Source: a bacterium UBP8_UBA817 (lineage in GTDB: Bacteria > Margulisbacteria > Marinamargulisbacteria > CAMDBA01). Taken from it: a stretch of 64,000 nucleotides of DNA. Below the pieces are notes generated by a model. It saw only the letters and a list, made by a program, of their open reading frames with translations. It had not been told where the DNA came from and made no database searches. The stretch covers positions 92,603-156,602 of the forward strand of contig CAMDBA010000001.1 of assembly GCA_945888995.1 (NCBI GenBank), in the 5' to 3' direction. This document shows positions 1-9,883 of this stretch, in pieces; the stretch's first letter is position 1; each line of letters opens with the position of its first letter. A program made the translations under genes and the position numbers.

Positions 1-276
1 AAAAATCTTCCGAACTTGGGGCCGCGTACAGACGACGCTGACCTTGCCGCCTTGCTTGGCGATCACATGCGAGGAATGGGCAATCGCGCCTAGACCTGTG
101 CTATCAATATATTGGACGTTTTCAAGATTGAGGATCAGGCGGATAGTGCCTTTATCAATCAGATCTTTCATTGCTTTGCTTAATTTTGGGCAGGTATAAA
201 TATCGATCTCCCCATTAACGCGTAAAATCGGAACGACTGCTTCTTCTTCCAGGTCCACTCTAAAATCCAAAACCAT
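1..276 (-). CDS. STAS-domain anti-sigma factor antagonist (3' end outside window)
   Basis: Manual translation from ATG 276 (GGAGG RBS upstream): MVLDFRVDLEEEAVVPILRVNGEIDIYTCPKL...LENVQYIDSTGLGAI; has the G-E-I-D and D-S-x-G-L phospho-Ser motifs. Confidence 0.85.
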   Translation of the reverse strand, partial: MVLDFRVDLEEEAVVPILRVNGEIDIYTCPKLSKAMKDLIDKGTIRLILNLENVQYIDSTGLGAIAHSSHVIAKQGGKVSVVCTRPQVRKIF

Positions 277-392
277 GTTGAACCTCCTATTAATGTCTAT
301 GACTCGTATATGAAGTGCTCATCCGGCATCAGTGCAAAGGCACTGTGGCAGTACTTTACTGTCAGTCATTATATAGGAATTAATTTCTTATA

Positions 393-647
393 TCAAATTT
401 TATGTTTGGCCAAAAGTGCGGTTAAATTTCCGGTTTCAGGCACACGATCGCCCAGAACACTTTGAGAGAAGGCAACGGCATCGGCACAGGGCTCAAGATC
501 GTCAGTCGACTGCCACTTACAATCCAAAATGATGCCGGAAACAGGATCCAGTTTGAAGTAGATCCGAAGCCTATTGTACGCGCAACACAAATCCGCCGGA
601 TAATACGACACGGCCTCAAGCCGGTTATCGGCCATAGCGAACCGCAT
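393..647 (-). CDS. Small degenerate IscU/NifU_N-like protein
   Basis: Abuts the desulfurase stop; LRIYFKLDPVSGIILDCKWQ resembles the IscU beta-sheet core; 84 aa. Confidence 0.5.
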   Translation of the reverse strand: MRFAMADNRLEAVSYYPADLCCAYNRLRIYFKLDPVSGIILDCKWQSTDDLEPCADAVAFSQSVLGDRVPETGNLTALLAKHKI

Positions 648-1799
648 TTAACGGCTCTCCCGAAGCGTTTTAATCATCGACGGCAAGACATCTAAGACGG
701 TCTGGATTTCAGCATGTGTTGTCGCTCGTCCAAAGCTAAACCGAACGGTGCTTCGCGCAAGCTCGGCATCTCCAGTCATGGCCATTAGTACATGAGACGG
801 TTCCGTAGAGCCTGTTGAACATGCCGATCCGCTTGAAATATAAATACCGACCATGTCGGACTTCATGACCAGAGAATCGCCGCTCACCCCTTTAAACGAG
901 ACACAAACAGTGCCGGGGACTGTCTCTGTAGCATGGCCATGAATCACGCAATCCGGGATAGCAGTAAGCCCTTCGCACAATTGACGCCGAAAGATCCGAT
1001 GACGGTCCGCGATGCCCACCCATTCATCCTTTAGCTTTTCAGCCGCTAATCCGAACGCTGTAATGCCGAGTACATTCTCTGTCCCGGCACGGATTTGCCG
1101 TTCTTGGGCCCCGCCGAAAAATAGAGGGGAAATATCGGCTGACTCCCGAATATATAAGGCCCCGACGCCTTTCGGCGCATAAAGTTTATGGCCTGAAAAT
1201 GAGGCATAATCAACCGCTATCTGACTCAGGTCAAAATGGATTTTCCCGATTGCCTGGACGGCATCAACGTGAAATAAACTTCCGTTTTCTCTTGCAATGA
1301 GGCCGATTTCGGCAATGGGCTGAATGGCGCCGACTTCATTATTTACTGCCATTACACTGATTAAGTGTGTATCAGGACGAAGACAAGAGACCAGGTGGCC
1401 CAGATCAATACGCCCGTTCCGATCAACCCGGACATAGGATACATCAACACCGAAACCTTGTAATACGGCCCCCATTTCCAGAACCGACGAATGCTCAATC
1501 GACGATATGACGACATGCGCACGATGACCTGATCGCCAGAATTCGTGCAATACCGAGTAAAATACATGATTATTGGATTCGGTCGCGGAACCGGTAAAGA
1601 TGATCTCGCTAGGCAATGCGCCTACCAATGCCGCAAGCTGATCCCGAGCGGTTTCTACTCTCTCTCTGGCATCGCGACCGGTGGCATATAAACTAGATGG
1701 ATTTCCGAATTCAGAGGTCCATTTTTTAAGAGCCTTGGTAACATCGGGATGCAACGGTGTCGTGGCATTATGATCTAAATAAATGGATGGACGCTTCAT
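648..1799 (-). CDS. iscS: Cysteine desulfurase (IscS/NifS type)
   Basis: YLDHNATTP, SGHKLYAPKG (PLP Lys), SSGSACS (catalytic Cys). Confidence 0.93.
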   Translation of the reverse strand: MKRPSIYLDHNATTPLHPDVTKALKKWTSEFGNPSSLYATGRDARERVETARDQLAALVGALPSEIIFTGSATESNNHVFYSVLHEFWRSGHRAHVVISSIEHSSVLEMGAVLQGFGVDVSYVRVDRNGRIDLGHLVSCLRPDTHLISVMAVNNEVGAIQPIAEIGLIARENGSLFHVDAVQAIGKIHFDLSQIAVDYASFSGHKLYAPKGVGALYIRESADISPLFFGGAQERQIRAGTENVLGITAFGLAAEKLKDEWVGIADRHRIFRRQLCEGLTAIPDCVIHGHATETVPGTVCVSFKGVSGDSLVMKSDMVGIYISSGSACSTGSTEPSHVLMAMTGDAELARSTVRFSFGRATTHAEIQTVLDVLPSMIKTLRESR

Positions 1800-2732
1800 C
1801 TAGGTGAGTTTTTCTAGTTGCCTCAGGAAAAGCTGATATAGAGATTCTCTCACCGTGACCTGCTGATTCAAAATGTCTTGAACCGAGCTCAAGGTCTGGG
1901 CTTTTGTTTTTTGATTGGAGAGAAGTTCGATTAAAAAATCCCGGGTTTTGACTCGCGTAATTTCTCTGATAATCGGGATTTTCGGAGAGGTGTACAATAG
2001 GTAATAGACCAATAATTTATCTAATAAAAACTGAATGTCCGATGTCGAGTTCTGGAATAACGGGCAAATCTGAATTTTATTTCCGGGTCCGATCGGAATT
2101 TCCAGGTCTTCGGGAAAAAACTGCTGAATATAAATCAGGAAAATATTGAGCTGCTCGGGGGGCAATCCGGAAATCAGGATAAATATGATATCGTCGTTTT
2201 CAGTCTTCGATGTCAGCAGACCGATATCAGGTGCGGACATAAGTCCTTGCAGCCTGAATTTAACCTGAACAATAGTCTTAAGATACTGCTCTAGCAGCAC
2301 ATAAATATACCGAGCCGTCTTCGGCGTAAAATGGCCGGTTTGTGCTGGAATGCCAAGAACGCGATTGGTTAGAAGCTTGAAAAAATCAGTGGTATCCCGG
2401 TTATACAATCCCCATGAAAATGTAGATTTAAGCCCATCTTCCCAGATAATGGTCACACCATCGTCTTTTTCGGTGACCCGGCGAATAGACGGAATCAGAA
2501 TGCCACGGTCCAGACTCAGAGCTAGCAACGCCAATAACTGAATATATGTCACGACTTCTTTGGCATTCACAAACGACTCATTTTTTTCAAAAAAATCAGG
2601 GGATTTCAAAATTCCCTTGAGGCGCTCAAATGCCGGCGATTGCGGCGAAAAATACGCGCTTAGAACCGGTAATTTGCCACCGATTAGTTTTAGCAGTTGA
2701 ATAGCTGTTGGTAGTGTATTCTTTGAGCTCAT
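1800..2732 (-). CDS. Hypothetical protein
   Basis: Long ORF whose stop abuts the iscS start; start ATG 2732 chosen (ORF open to 2759); no recognisable domain. Confidence 0.7.
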   Translation of the reverse strand: MSSKNTLPTAIQLLKLIGGKLPVLSAYFSPQSPAFERLKGILKSPDFFEKNESFVNAKEVVTYIQLLALLALSLDRGILIPSIRRVTEKDDGVTIIWEDGLKSTFSWGLYNRDTTDFFKLLTNRVLGIPAQTGHFTPKTARYIYVLLEQYLKTIVQVKFRLQGLMSAPDIGLLTSKTENDDIIFILISGLPPEQLNIFLIYIQQFFPEDLEIPIGPGNKIQICPLFQNSTSDIQFLLDKLLVYYLLYTSPKIPIIREITRVKTRDFLIELLSNQKTKAQTLSSVQDILNQQVTVRESLYQLFLRQLEKLT

Positions 2733-2803
2733 CAGATGTATTATACTGTATTTGTACATTATTGAGCATCAATACATCTGAACCTTTGTTACGGAGGATA
2801 CTT

Positions 2804-3496
2804 GTGGCCTATATTATCTGGATACTTACCCTATTTTTTATTCTTTCAGGTCCGCTCATGGCCAAAGACTATCCGAATCTGCTGAAATTCAGTGCGTATG
2901 ATAAATTCGGATTTGTTTACTATCTGGATTACAGTGTTGAGAAGAAAATCGCGGATAAATCCTCGCTTATTCAAATTACGACCACACGCTATGCGCCCGG
3001 CATCCGGGAAAAAAATATCACGACCCTTTCTAAGAGCAATGCGTTTCTGAGCCTCTCTCAAAGCACACAAGATATTCCGCAATCTCAGTTTTTCCAATGG
3101 AAAATTACCATGGCCAATAACGCGATGGTCACATACCGGAACATTGGGAGCCGGAGGTTGATTCACCAATTGACCCCGCTACCGCCCAACGCCTACCCTA
3201 GCCAGGCGCTCCCCTATTTATTAAATGACATTTTAGAAACATTGACGCCGGAAAAACTGATTTACCTGATTATGCCCCCATCGCAAATCGTGGAGTTAAC
3301 ACCCCGCGCCATTGGCATGGAAACGATTCTATTCAATGGTAAAGCGGTTCCCTGCTATAAAGTGGAGCTCGCACTCAAGAGTCATCTCGGATATGTTGGG
3401 TCGGTGATTAATTATTGGCTGACCATGGATAAACCACATATTCTGATAAAATCCAAAAGTCCGGATATCACCTTGATTTTGGATTCAATCAGATAG
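2804..3496 (+). CDS. Exported hypothetical protein
   Basis: GGAGG RBS before GTG 2804; hydrophobic signal-like N-terminus ending PLMA-K; beta-rich body. Confidence 0.65.
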   Translation: MAYIIWILTLFFILSGPLMAKDYPNLLKFSAYDKFGFVYYLDYSVEKKIADKSSLIQITTTRYAPGIREKNITTLSKSNAFLSLSQSTQDIPQSQFFQWKITMANNAMVTYRNIGSRRLIHQLTPLPPNAYPSQALPYLLNDILETLTPEKLIYLIMPPSQIVELTPRAIGMETILFNGKAVPCYKVELALKSHLGYVGSVINYWLTMDKPHILIKSKSPDITLILDSIR

Positions 3497-3509
3497 ATCG
3501 GATCTGCGC

Positions 3510-4106
3510 TTAGCGTCGATTGCGAAAACTGGTTAAAAGTGACCAATTCGAGCCATCCTGGCGGCCAAAAATATATCGCTGGTAGGCCAGAAAGACCATC
3601 AAAAACACGATAAAATTGACGAACAAATAACCCAATGGCAGCGGCTGCATCCAAATAATAACCATTGCAAATAGGACACTGGAAATCATCCCGATATAAA
3701 GAGAATTAGACACAAGAGATAACACCGCAACACTGATCGGAAAGATAAAAAATAGCGGCAGAAATACAAAACTGTAGATCCCCCATAGCACGTGGCCGAA
3801 AGACTGCCGGTTTTCAAATCCTGTTAGCGGAGACCAGTTATTCAGAAAGACAATAGCCCCTATCGCGACGAGTCTTACGGCATGCCCGTCGAAAAATACC
3901 GACGCCAGATATAAAAAAATATAGCCTTTTGCAAAATTCAGGAGGCGGGCCAGGCCAAACAAAAACGGCGCCTTCGAGACATAAACCGCCGGAATTCCCG
4001 TTGCTAGTTTTTTCTGAATGCCCCAGCTTTTATCATAGAGCCAGTCCAGCACCGTCTCTACCGGAATTGAGACAACAATTAAGAGAGTAATGAGATACAA
4101 AATCAA
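3510..4106 (-). CDS. PlsY-like membrane protein with degenerate catalytic motifs
   Basis: Multi-TM; VSIP, NFAKG and NNWSP align with PlsY GSIP, DxxKG and GHxxP; TTG start overlapping lysC stop. Confidence 0.6.
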   Translation of the reverse strand: MILYLITLLIVVSIPVETVLDWLYDKSWGIQKKLATGIPAVYVSKAPFLFGLARLLNFAKGYIFLYLASVFFDGHAVRLVAIGAIVFLNNWSPLTGFENRQSFGHVLWGIYSFVFLPLFFIFPISVAVLSLVSNSLYIGMISSVLFAMVIIWMQPLPLGYLFVNFIVFLMVFLAYQRYIFGRQDGSNWSLLTSFRNRR

Positions 4107-5344
4107 GATGGCGAGCCTATTTTCTGATCTAATTCGAACGCGGAGTGTAACAATACAAGCGCCTCTTTTGCGAACTGCTTTTCGATGACGCACGAGATCT
4201 TGATTTCAGAGGTCGAGATTAATTGGATATTGATGCCTTTGGCCCCGAGAACTTCGAACATTTGAGCAGCGATTCCAGCCTTTGAGATCATTCCGACACC
4301 CACAATTGATAGCTTTGCGATATTGTCATCGGTGACCACGCCTTTAGCGCCAAGTTCATCCGCTACAGCCTGGGTAATGGCCGCCGCTTGAGCCAGGTCA
4401 TCCGCATTTACAGTAAATGTGATGTTATTAATGTGATCCTGCTCAACACTTTGGATAATCATATCGACGTTAATATTCACATCCGCCAAGCGGGTAAATA
4501 ACTTTCCGGCGATCCCCGGTTGATCGGGCACTTTCAGAATCGCGATTTTGGCTTCTTCCTGATTCAAGGTAATCCCTGTTACCGCTCGTTGTATTTCCAT
4601 CTGAGAATCCTCCTTTACGCGGGTTCCTTCCTCTTGGCTGAACGAAGACCGCACATGCAGTATAATTTGATTTTCTTTAGCGCATTCCACTGATCGGGGG
4701 TGCAGGACTTTTGCCCCTAATGAGGCCAATTCGAGCATTTCGTCGTACGAAATTTCGGTCAGCTTCGTTGCATCCGAAATCAATCTCGGGTCTGTAGTAT
4801 AGACGCCGTCTACGTCGGTATAAATTTCGCATTCCTCAGCGCCTAAGGCCGCTGCCAACACGACAGCCGACGTATCCGATCCGCCGCGACCGATCGTAGC
4901 GACGTCGCCATTTTCGGTTGCGCCCTGAAATCCGGCGACGACTACCACCTGGCCTTCGCTCAATTCACATTTGATTCTGCCGGTATCGACACGAAGGATT
5001 TTGGCTCTGGAATAAATATTCTCGGTTTTGACACCAGCTTGAGGGCCTGTTAACGAAATGGCCGGAACCCCGATTTCCTGAAGGCCGATGGCCAACAACG
5101 AGGCGGAGATATTTTCACCAGTCGAAATGAGCTGGTCATATTCTCGGGAACTCGGTGAGCTCGACATGGTTTTGGCTAATCCGATCAGATCATCGGTGGT
5201 ATCACCCATCGCCGAGACGACGACGACGACATGCTTATAGAGTTTGGCAGATTGAGCCACACGCTGGGCAACAGCTTTGATGCGTTCCGGAGACCCGACT
5301 GAGGTTCCCCCGTATTTTTGAATAATGATGTCATGTTTAAACAT
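4103..5344 (-). CDS. lysC: Aspartate kinase
   Basis: QKYGGTSVG, VVSAMGDTTD, GRGGSDTSA, two ACT domains. Confidence 0.95.
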   Translation of the reverse strand: MFKHDIIIQKYGGTSVGSPERIKAVAQRVAQSAKLYKHVVVVVSAMGDTTDDLIGLAKTMSSSPSSREYDQLISTGENISASLLAIGLQEIGVPAISLTGPQAGVKTENIYSRAKILRVDTGRIKCELSEGQVVVVAGFQGATENGDVATIGRGGSDTSAVVLAAALGAEECEIYTDVDGVYTTDPRLISDATKLTEISYDEMLELASLGAKVLHPRSVECAKENQIILHVRSSFSQEEGTRVKEDSQMEIQRAVTGITLNQEEAKIAILKVPDQPGIAGKLFTRLADVNINVDMIIQSVEQDHINNITFTVNADDLAQAAAITQAVADELGAKGVVTDDNIAKLSIVGVGMISKAGIAAQMFEVLGAKGINIQLISTSEIKISCVIEKQFAKEALVLLHSAFELDQKIGSPS

Positions 5345-5450
5345 TACAGTAACTACCGCCTTGGTAAAAAATAGTCGGCTAAAACAGCTAAAAACTATAT
5401 CAGACGAATTCTTACAAGTGAATATAGCATGGACCTGGTCGGATAGGGTG

Positions 5451-5978
5451 CTACTTCCCTTTCTTCTTCATCTCCACCGATTTTATAATTCGATCTACAT
5501 ACTGCTGAGTTTCTGGATACGGCGGGATCGTCTTGTACTTGTCTACCACGCCAGGGCCTGCATTATAGGCGGCCAGAGCGAGTTTTAAGCTGTAATCATA
5601 CTTCACTAAGAGAGACTTAAAATAACGCGCCCCACCGTCGATATTCTGGGCAACATCAAAAGGGTCGTCGACACCGAGCCACTTCGCGGTATCAGGCATC
5701 AGCTGCATCAAACCCACGGCGCCTACCGGGGAGACGGCATTGGGGTTAAAGCCCGATTCGGCACGGATTATTTCGGTGAGAATCACGGGGTCAAGGCCAT
5801 GGCGTTGGCTATTGCGATTGATATGATCCTGAATTTCAGGAGAGGGCCCGAAAATACGTCCCGCAATGCCTTTTAAATAATCGGAAAGCCTGACCACCCC
5901 GCCCACCATATCTTGTTTGATTTGGGCTAATTGGGCGACCAGGCTTTCAAGATCAGAGAAGAAAGATCCCGATTTCAT
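5451..5978 (-). CDS. Lytic transglycosylase (SLT domain)
   Basis: AESGFNPNAVSPVGAVGLMQLMP, ALAAYNAG. Confidence 0.92.
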   Translation of the reverse strand: MKSGSFFSDLESLVAQLAQIKQDMVGGVVRLSDYLKGIAGRIFGPSPEIQDHINRNSQRHGLDPVILTEIIRAESGFNPNAVSPVGAVGLMQLMPDTAKWLGVDDPFDVAQNIDGGARYFKSLLVKYDYSLKLALAAYNAGPGVVDKYKTIPPYPETQQYVDRIIKSVEMKKKGK

Positions 5979-5992
5979 GATAAAAAGACGGG

Positions 5993-6934
5993 TTATGCGT
6001 CTTTAGGCCGATTCAAAACCGAATATAATACCGTGCTGGCAATGAAGATCGACGAATACGTTCCGATCGCGATTCCCACTAAGAGCATTCCGGCAAACGG
6101 CTTGATAGTCGTCCCGCCAAAAATCAACAGTGCCACTAATACCAAGAGTACCGTCAAAACCGTATTAATCGTTCTGGGGAAGGTTTGGATAATCGATGAA
6201 TTAATCAAAGTGCCGATCTCTACGGGACCTTTGGCCAATGAAAGGTTTTCACGGACCCGGTCAAAAACGACGATCGTGTCATTGGTTGAATAACCCAATA
6301 CCGTGAGCAAGGCCGCCACAAATTCAATGTTAATTTCAAAATGAAAAATCGATGCAACCGCAAAAATCATCAACGTATCATGTAGCAATGCCGCCAAAGC
6401 ACCGATCCCAAAGGCAAATTCAAACCGCCATGAAATATAAATCATCATCGCAGCCATCACCACCAGCATAATCCATAGAGACTGGGTACGCAGCTCAGAC
6501 CCGATCGTTGGTCCGATCACATCGACTTCCAACAACTCGTAATTGCCTAATTTTTCTTTAAGTTTTCCCAGAATCAAACTGCGCTTATCGTTATCAAAAT
6601 TGGCAGTCCGCAACAAAACTTCGCCATCACTGGTCAGCTGAATCGAACTATTTTCTAACTTAAACGCCGCGAGAACTTCCCGAATATCCTGAATAAAATC
6701 TGAATTCACATCTGATTTGACGTGGCGCGCCTGCTCTGCTTCGACATAGCGTTTTTGCAATTCGTCAAACTTCAGCATAATCGATGTCCCGCCAGAAAAA
6801 TCGATACCGAAATTCATTGCGGGTTGCTGATTAAATACCCGCCCCACCATCATCGCAAATCCGATGGCAATAATCGTAAACGAAATGACAAACCAGAGAT
6901 TTCTTTTTTCAACAAACTTAATTACGTTGGTCAT
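5993..6934 (-). CDS. secF: Protein translocase subunit SecF
   Basis: GIDFSGG, GYSTNDTIVVFDRVRE; ATG 6934 follows secD. Confidence 0.95.
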   Translation of the reverse strand: MTNVIKFVEKRNLWFVISFTIIAIGFAMMVGRVFNQQPAMNFGIDFSGGTSIMLKFDELQKRYVEAEQARHVKSDVNSDFIQDIREVLAAFKLENSSIQLTSDGEVLLRTANFDNDKRSLILGKLKEKLGNYELLEVDVIGPTIGSELRTQSLWIMLVVMAAMMIYISWRFEFAFGIGALAALLHDTLMIFAVASIFHFEINIEFVAALLTVLGYSTNDTIVVFDRVRENLSLAKGPVEIGTLINSSIIQTFPRTINTVLTVLLVLVALLIFGGTTIKPFAGMLLVGIAIGTYSSIFIASTVLYSVLNRPKDA

Positions 6935-6935
6935 C

Positions 6936-8270
6936 CTATTTCCTCCACACTTTGAATAGTGATACCTGCTGCCGGAATTGAGAGAGTCCATCGAGAAAAA
7001 CACGGGTGACGGAAATGGCTGAAAACATACTGATCAATGTTCCGACGCTCAGCGTCACTGCAAACCCCCGGATTGTGCCGCTTCCCAACCAAAAGAGAAC
7101 AACCGCTGAGATTAAGGTCGTCACGTTGGTATCTAAAATCGTGATAAATGCCCGTTTGAATCCGGCATCAATCGCGGGAATCAGCGCATTCATTACTTTC
7201 AATTCTTCTTTGATACGTTCAAAAATCAAAACGTTGGCATCAACGGCCATCCCCATTGTTAGAATAAATCCGGCAATTCCCGGCAATGTTAACGTCACAC
7301 CCATCAGTTTCAAAATCGCAGCAAAAAGAACGAGATAGACTATCAACGCAACCGATGCGATCACGCCCGGAAGCCTGTAATAGCCGATCATAAAGGCACA
7401 AACCAAAATAAATCCGATGATCCCTGCAACAATGCTTTTATGGATCGAGTCTTTACCCAAGGTTGGGCCAACTATTTTATTAGAAATGACTTGGACAGGA
7501 ACCGGCAACGCCCCTGCTTTCAACTTAATCACCAGATCCTGCATTTCTTTGATACTGAAATGGCCGCTGATCTGAGCACGGCCACCTGAAATCGGTTCCT
7601 GGATATTGGGCGCAGAAATAATTTTACCGTCTAATACAATCGCTAAGGGTTTGCCGACCATACGAGACGTCACATCGCTGAATTTTCTAGCTCCTGCAGG
7701 CGTGAATTCGATATCTACATAAAGCTGACCTGTCTGCTGGTCCGTACCGGGCCCGGCGGTTTTTAAATCAGCGCCAGTTAATACGGTTTTCTTTAATAAA
7801 ATGGGGGTATCACGGATAACATTCCCTTTGTCATCATAGTCCATTACCTTGCCGATTTTGGCATCAGGTCCGGCGAGAATCGCCAATTTATCAGGAGACA
7901 AGCTACCGACATCCGGCGGGGCCCATTCGGCTTCAACAAATTCAAGTAACGCCGTTGCGCCGATCAGATTAATCGCGCGGTCCGGATCTTTGACGCCGGG
8001 AAGCTCGACGACGATCTGGCGCTGGCCTTTTTTCTGAATCAATGGCTCAGAAACGCCTAATCCATCGATCCGGTTCCGGATGACTTCAATGACGCCTGCG
8101 ACCGAATCCTGATCGACTTTATTTTGAGCGGTGTCTTGCGCTTCGAGAATCAGACGGGTTCCGCCTTGTAAATCGAGCCCTAATTTAATCGGAAAATGAT
8201 ATAAGACAAAGAAGGCCGCGATCATCAAAACGGCAATCCCTGTGAACTTCAGCTTCAGTGTTTTATTCAT
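6936..8270 (-). CDS. secD: Protein translocase subunit SecD
   Basis: LGLDLQGG, GMAVDANVLIFERIKEE. Confidence 0.96.
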   Translation of the reverse strand: MNKTLKLKFTGIAVLMIAAFFVLYHFPIKLGLDLQGGTRLILEAQDTAQNKVDQDSVAGVIEVIRNRIDGLGVSEPLIQKKGQRQIVVELPGVKDPDRAINLIGATALLEFVEAEWAPPDVGSLSPDKLAILAGPDAKIGKVMDYDDKGNVIRDTPILLKKTVLTGADLKTAGPGTDQQTGQLYVDIEFTPAGARKFSDVTSRMVGKPLAIVLDGKIISAPNIQEPISGGRAQISGHFSIKEMQDLVIKLKAGALPVPVQVISNKIVGPTLGKDSIHKSIVAGIIGFILVCAFMIGYYRLPGVIASVALIVYLVLFAAILKLMGVTLTLPGIAGFILTMGMAVDANVLIFERIKEELKVMNALIPAIDAGFKRAFITILDTNVTTLISAVVLFWLGSGTIRGFAVTLSVGTLISMFSAISVTRVFLDGLSQFRQQVSLFKVWRK

Positions 8271-8342
8271 GAACTACTTACTCCGGTTGATTAAAAGATA
8301 TTGTGAGATTATAACAATTTAACCTTGTCTTCGCATCCACGA

Positions 8343-9806
8343 TTATACTTTATCTTTCATGTGAGGGAAGAACAGGACATCCCGAATAGATGCGGAATCC
8401 GTTAATAACATGACCACGCGGTCGATTCCGATTCCCAAACCACCGGTCGGAGGCATTCCATATTTCAGCGCATTCACGAAGTCTTCATCCATTTCGTGAG
8501 CTTCGTCCCAGCCGGATTCTTTGGCTTTTAGCTGATCGTTAAAGCGATCTAACTGGTCCTGAGGATCGTTGAGCTCACTAAAGGCATTGGCTAATTCCAT
8601 TGTCGACACGATCAACTCGAACCGTTCGACTAATTCCGGATTATCCCTTTTTCGCTTGGCTAACGGAGAGGTCTCCCACGGATAGTCCAAAATGAAGGTG
8701 GGCTGGATCAAATGCTTTTCGACGGCTTTGTCATAAATATAATTAATGAGCTGCCCTTTGAGCGGCTTTTGTGAAATATCGAGACCCATTTGGATGGCTT
8801 TTTTCTGAAGGACTTCGGTGCCGTCGTTCATATCCACGCCTGCATATTCTAATAAAACATCGCGTAATGTGAACCGCTTGAACGGTGGAGTGAAATCGAT
8901 TTCTTGGCCTTGGTAGATGAGTGTATAAGAACCGGTCAGGCGTAATACCAAGCCTGAAATCAACTCTTCGGTCAGACTCATCACATCCGAATAATCGGCA
9001 TAAGCCTGGTAAAGCTCCAATAACGTATATTCTGGATTATGCTTATAAGAAACACCTTCGTTGCGAAATACTCGGCCGATTTCAAATACCCGTTCGAATC
9101 CACCCACGATGAGCCGCTTTAAGTGAAGCTCCAACGCGATTCTCAGATAGAGTTTTTGATCCAGGGTATTGTGATGAGTGGCGAAAGGCTTGGCCGAAGC
9201 GCCACCGTAAATGCTGTGCAGAACAGGGGTTTCGACTTCCATATAGTCACGATTGTGTAAAAACTCCCGGATCTGACGGACGACGTCCGAGCGGGTTTTA
9301 AAGACTTCGCGGACTTCGGGGTTGGCGATTAAGTCGACATAACGCATCCGGTAACGAAGTTCTTTGTCCTGCAGACCGTGATATTTTTCGGGCAGCGGGG
9401 TCATCGACTTGGTTAAGAGCACAAATGAGGTAACAAAAACGGATAATTCACTCCGTTTCGTGCGGAAGGGGTGGCCGGCAATCCCGATAATATCGCCGAC
9501 ATCCAGGTTAAGTAAAAGGTCATATTGTTCTTGACCCAAGGTATCTAAATTAGCGTAATACTGAATACGATCGGTCACGTCCATCACATTGCCGAATGTC
9601 GCTTTTCCATGGCCGCGCTTGGCGACGATCCGACCGGCAATCGACACTGTTTTTTCACTTTTCTCATCGGTTTTCAACGCGTCAAACTCAGTTCTGAGTG
9701 CGGCTACCGAATGAGATTTATCAAATGTATAGGCAAATGGGTTGATGCCTTTCTCACGTAATTGTGCGATTTTTTCTAAGCGAACTTCTTCTTCTGTCTG
9801 GGACAT
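8343..9806 (-). CDS. lysS: Lysine--tRNA ligase (class II)
   Basis: RYRMRYVDL, FRNEG, YGMPPTGGLGIGIDR. Confidence 0.97.
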   Translation of the reverse strand: MSQTEEEVRLEKIAQLREKGINPFAYTFDKSHSVAALRTEFDALKTDEKSEKTVSIAGRIVAKRGHGKATFGNVMDVTDRIQYYANLDTLGQEQYDLLLNLDVGDIIGIAGHPFRTKRSELSVFVTSFVLLTKSMTPLPEKYHGLQDKELRYRMRYVDLIANPEVREVFKTRSDVVRQIREFLHNRDYMEVETPVLHSIYGGASAKPFATHHNTLDQKLYLRIALELHLKRLIVGGFERVFEIGRVFRNEGVSYKHNPEYTLLELYQAYADYSDVMSLTEELISGLVLRLTGSYTLIYQGQEIDFTPPFKRFTLRDVLLEYAGVDMNDGTEVLQKKAIQMGLDISQKPLKGQLINYIYDKAVEKHLIQPTFILDYPWETSPLAKRKRDNPELVERFELIVSTMELANAFSELNDPQDQLDRFNDQLKAKESGWDEAHEMDEDFVNALKYGMPPTGGLGIGIDRVVMLLTDSASIRDVLFFPHMKDKV

Positions 9807-9883
9807 TCTCTACTACTCCCTTGTGTGCGGCCTAGCGGCCAAAAGTGCCTGCATAATGGCCGAATTTAAATCCACCGTCAAGA

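Noticed and set aside
5345-5450. Possible lysine riboswitch upstream of lysC
   Set aside because: The intergenic gap is only about 105 nt and shows no L-box-like stems
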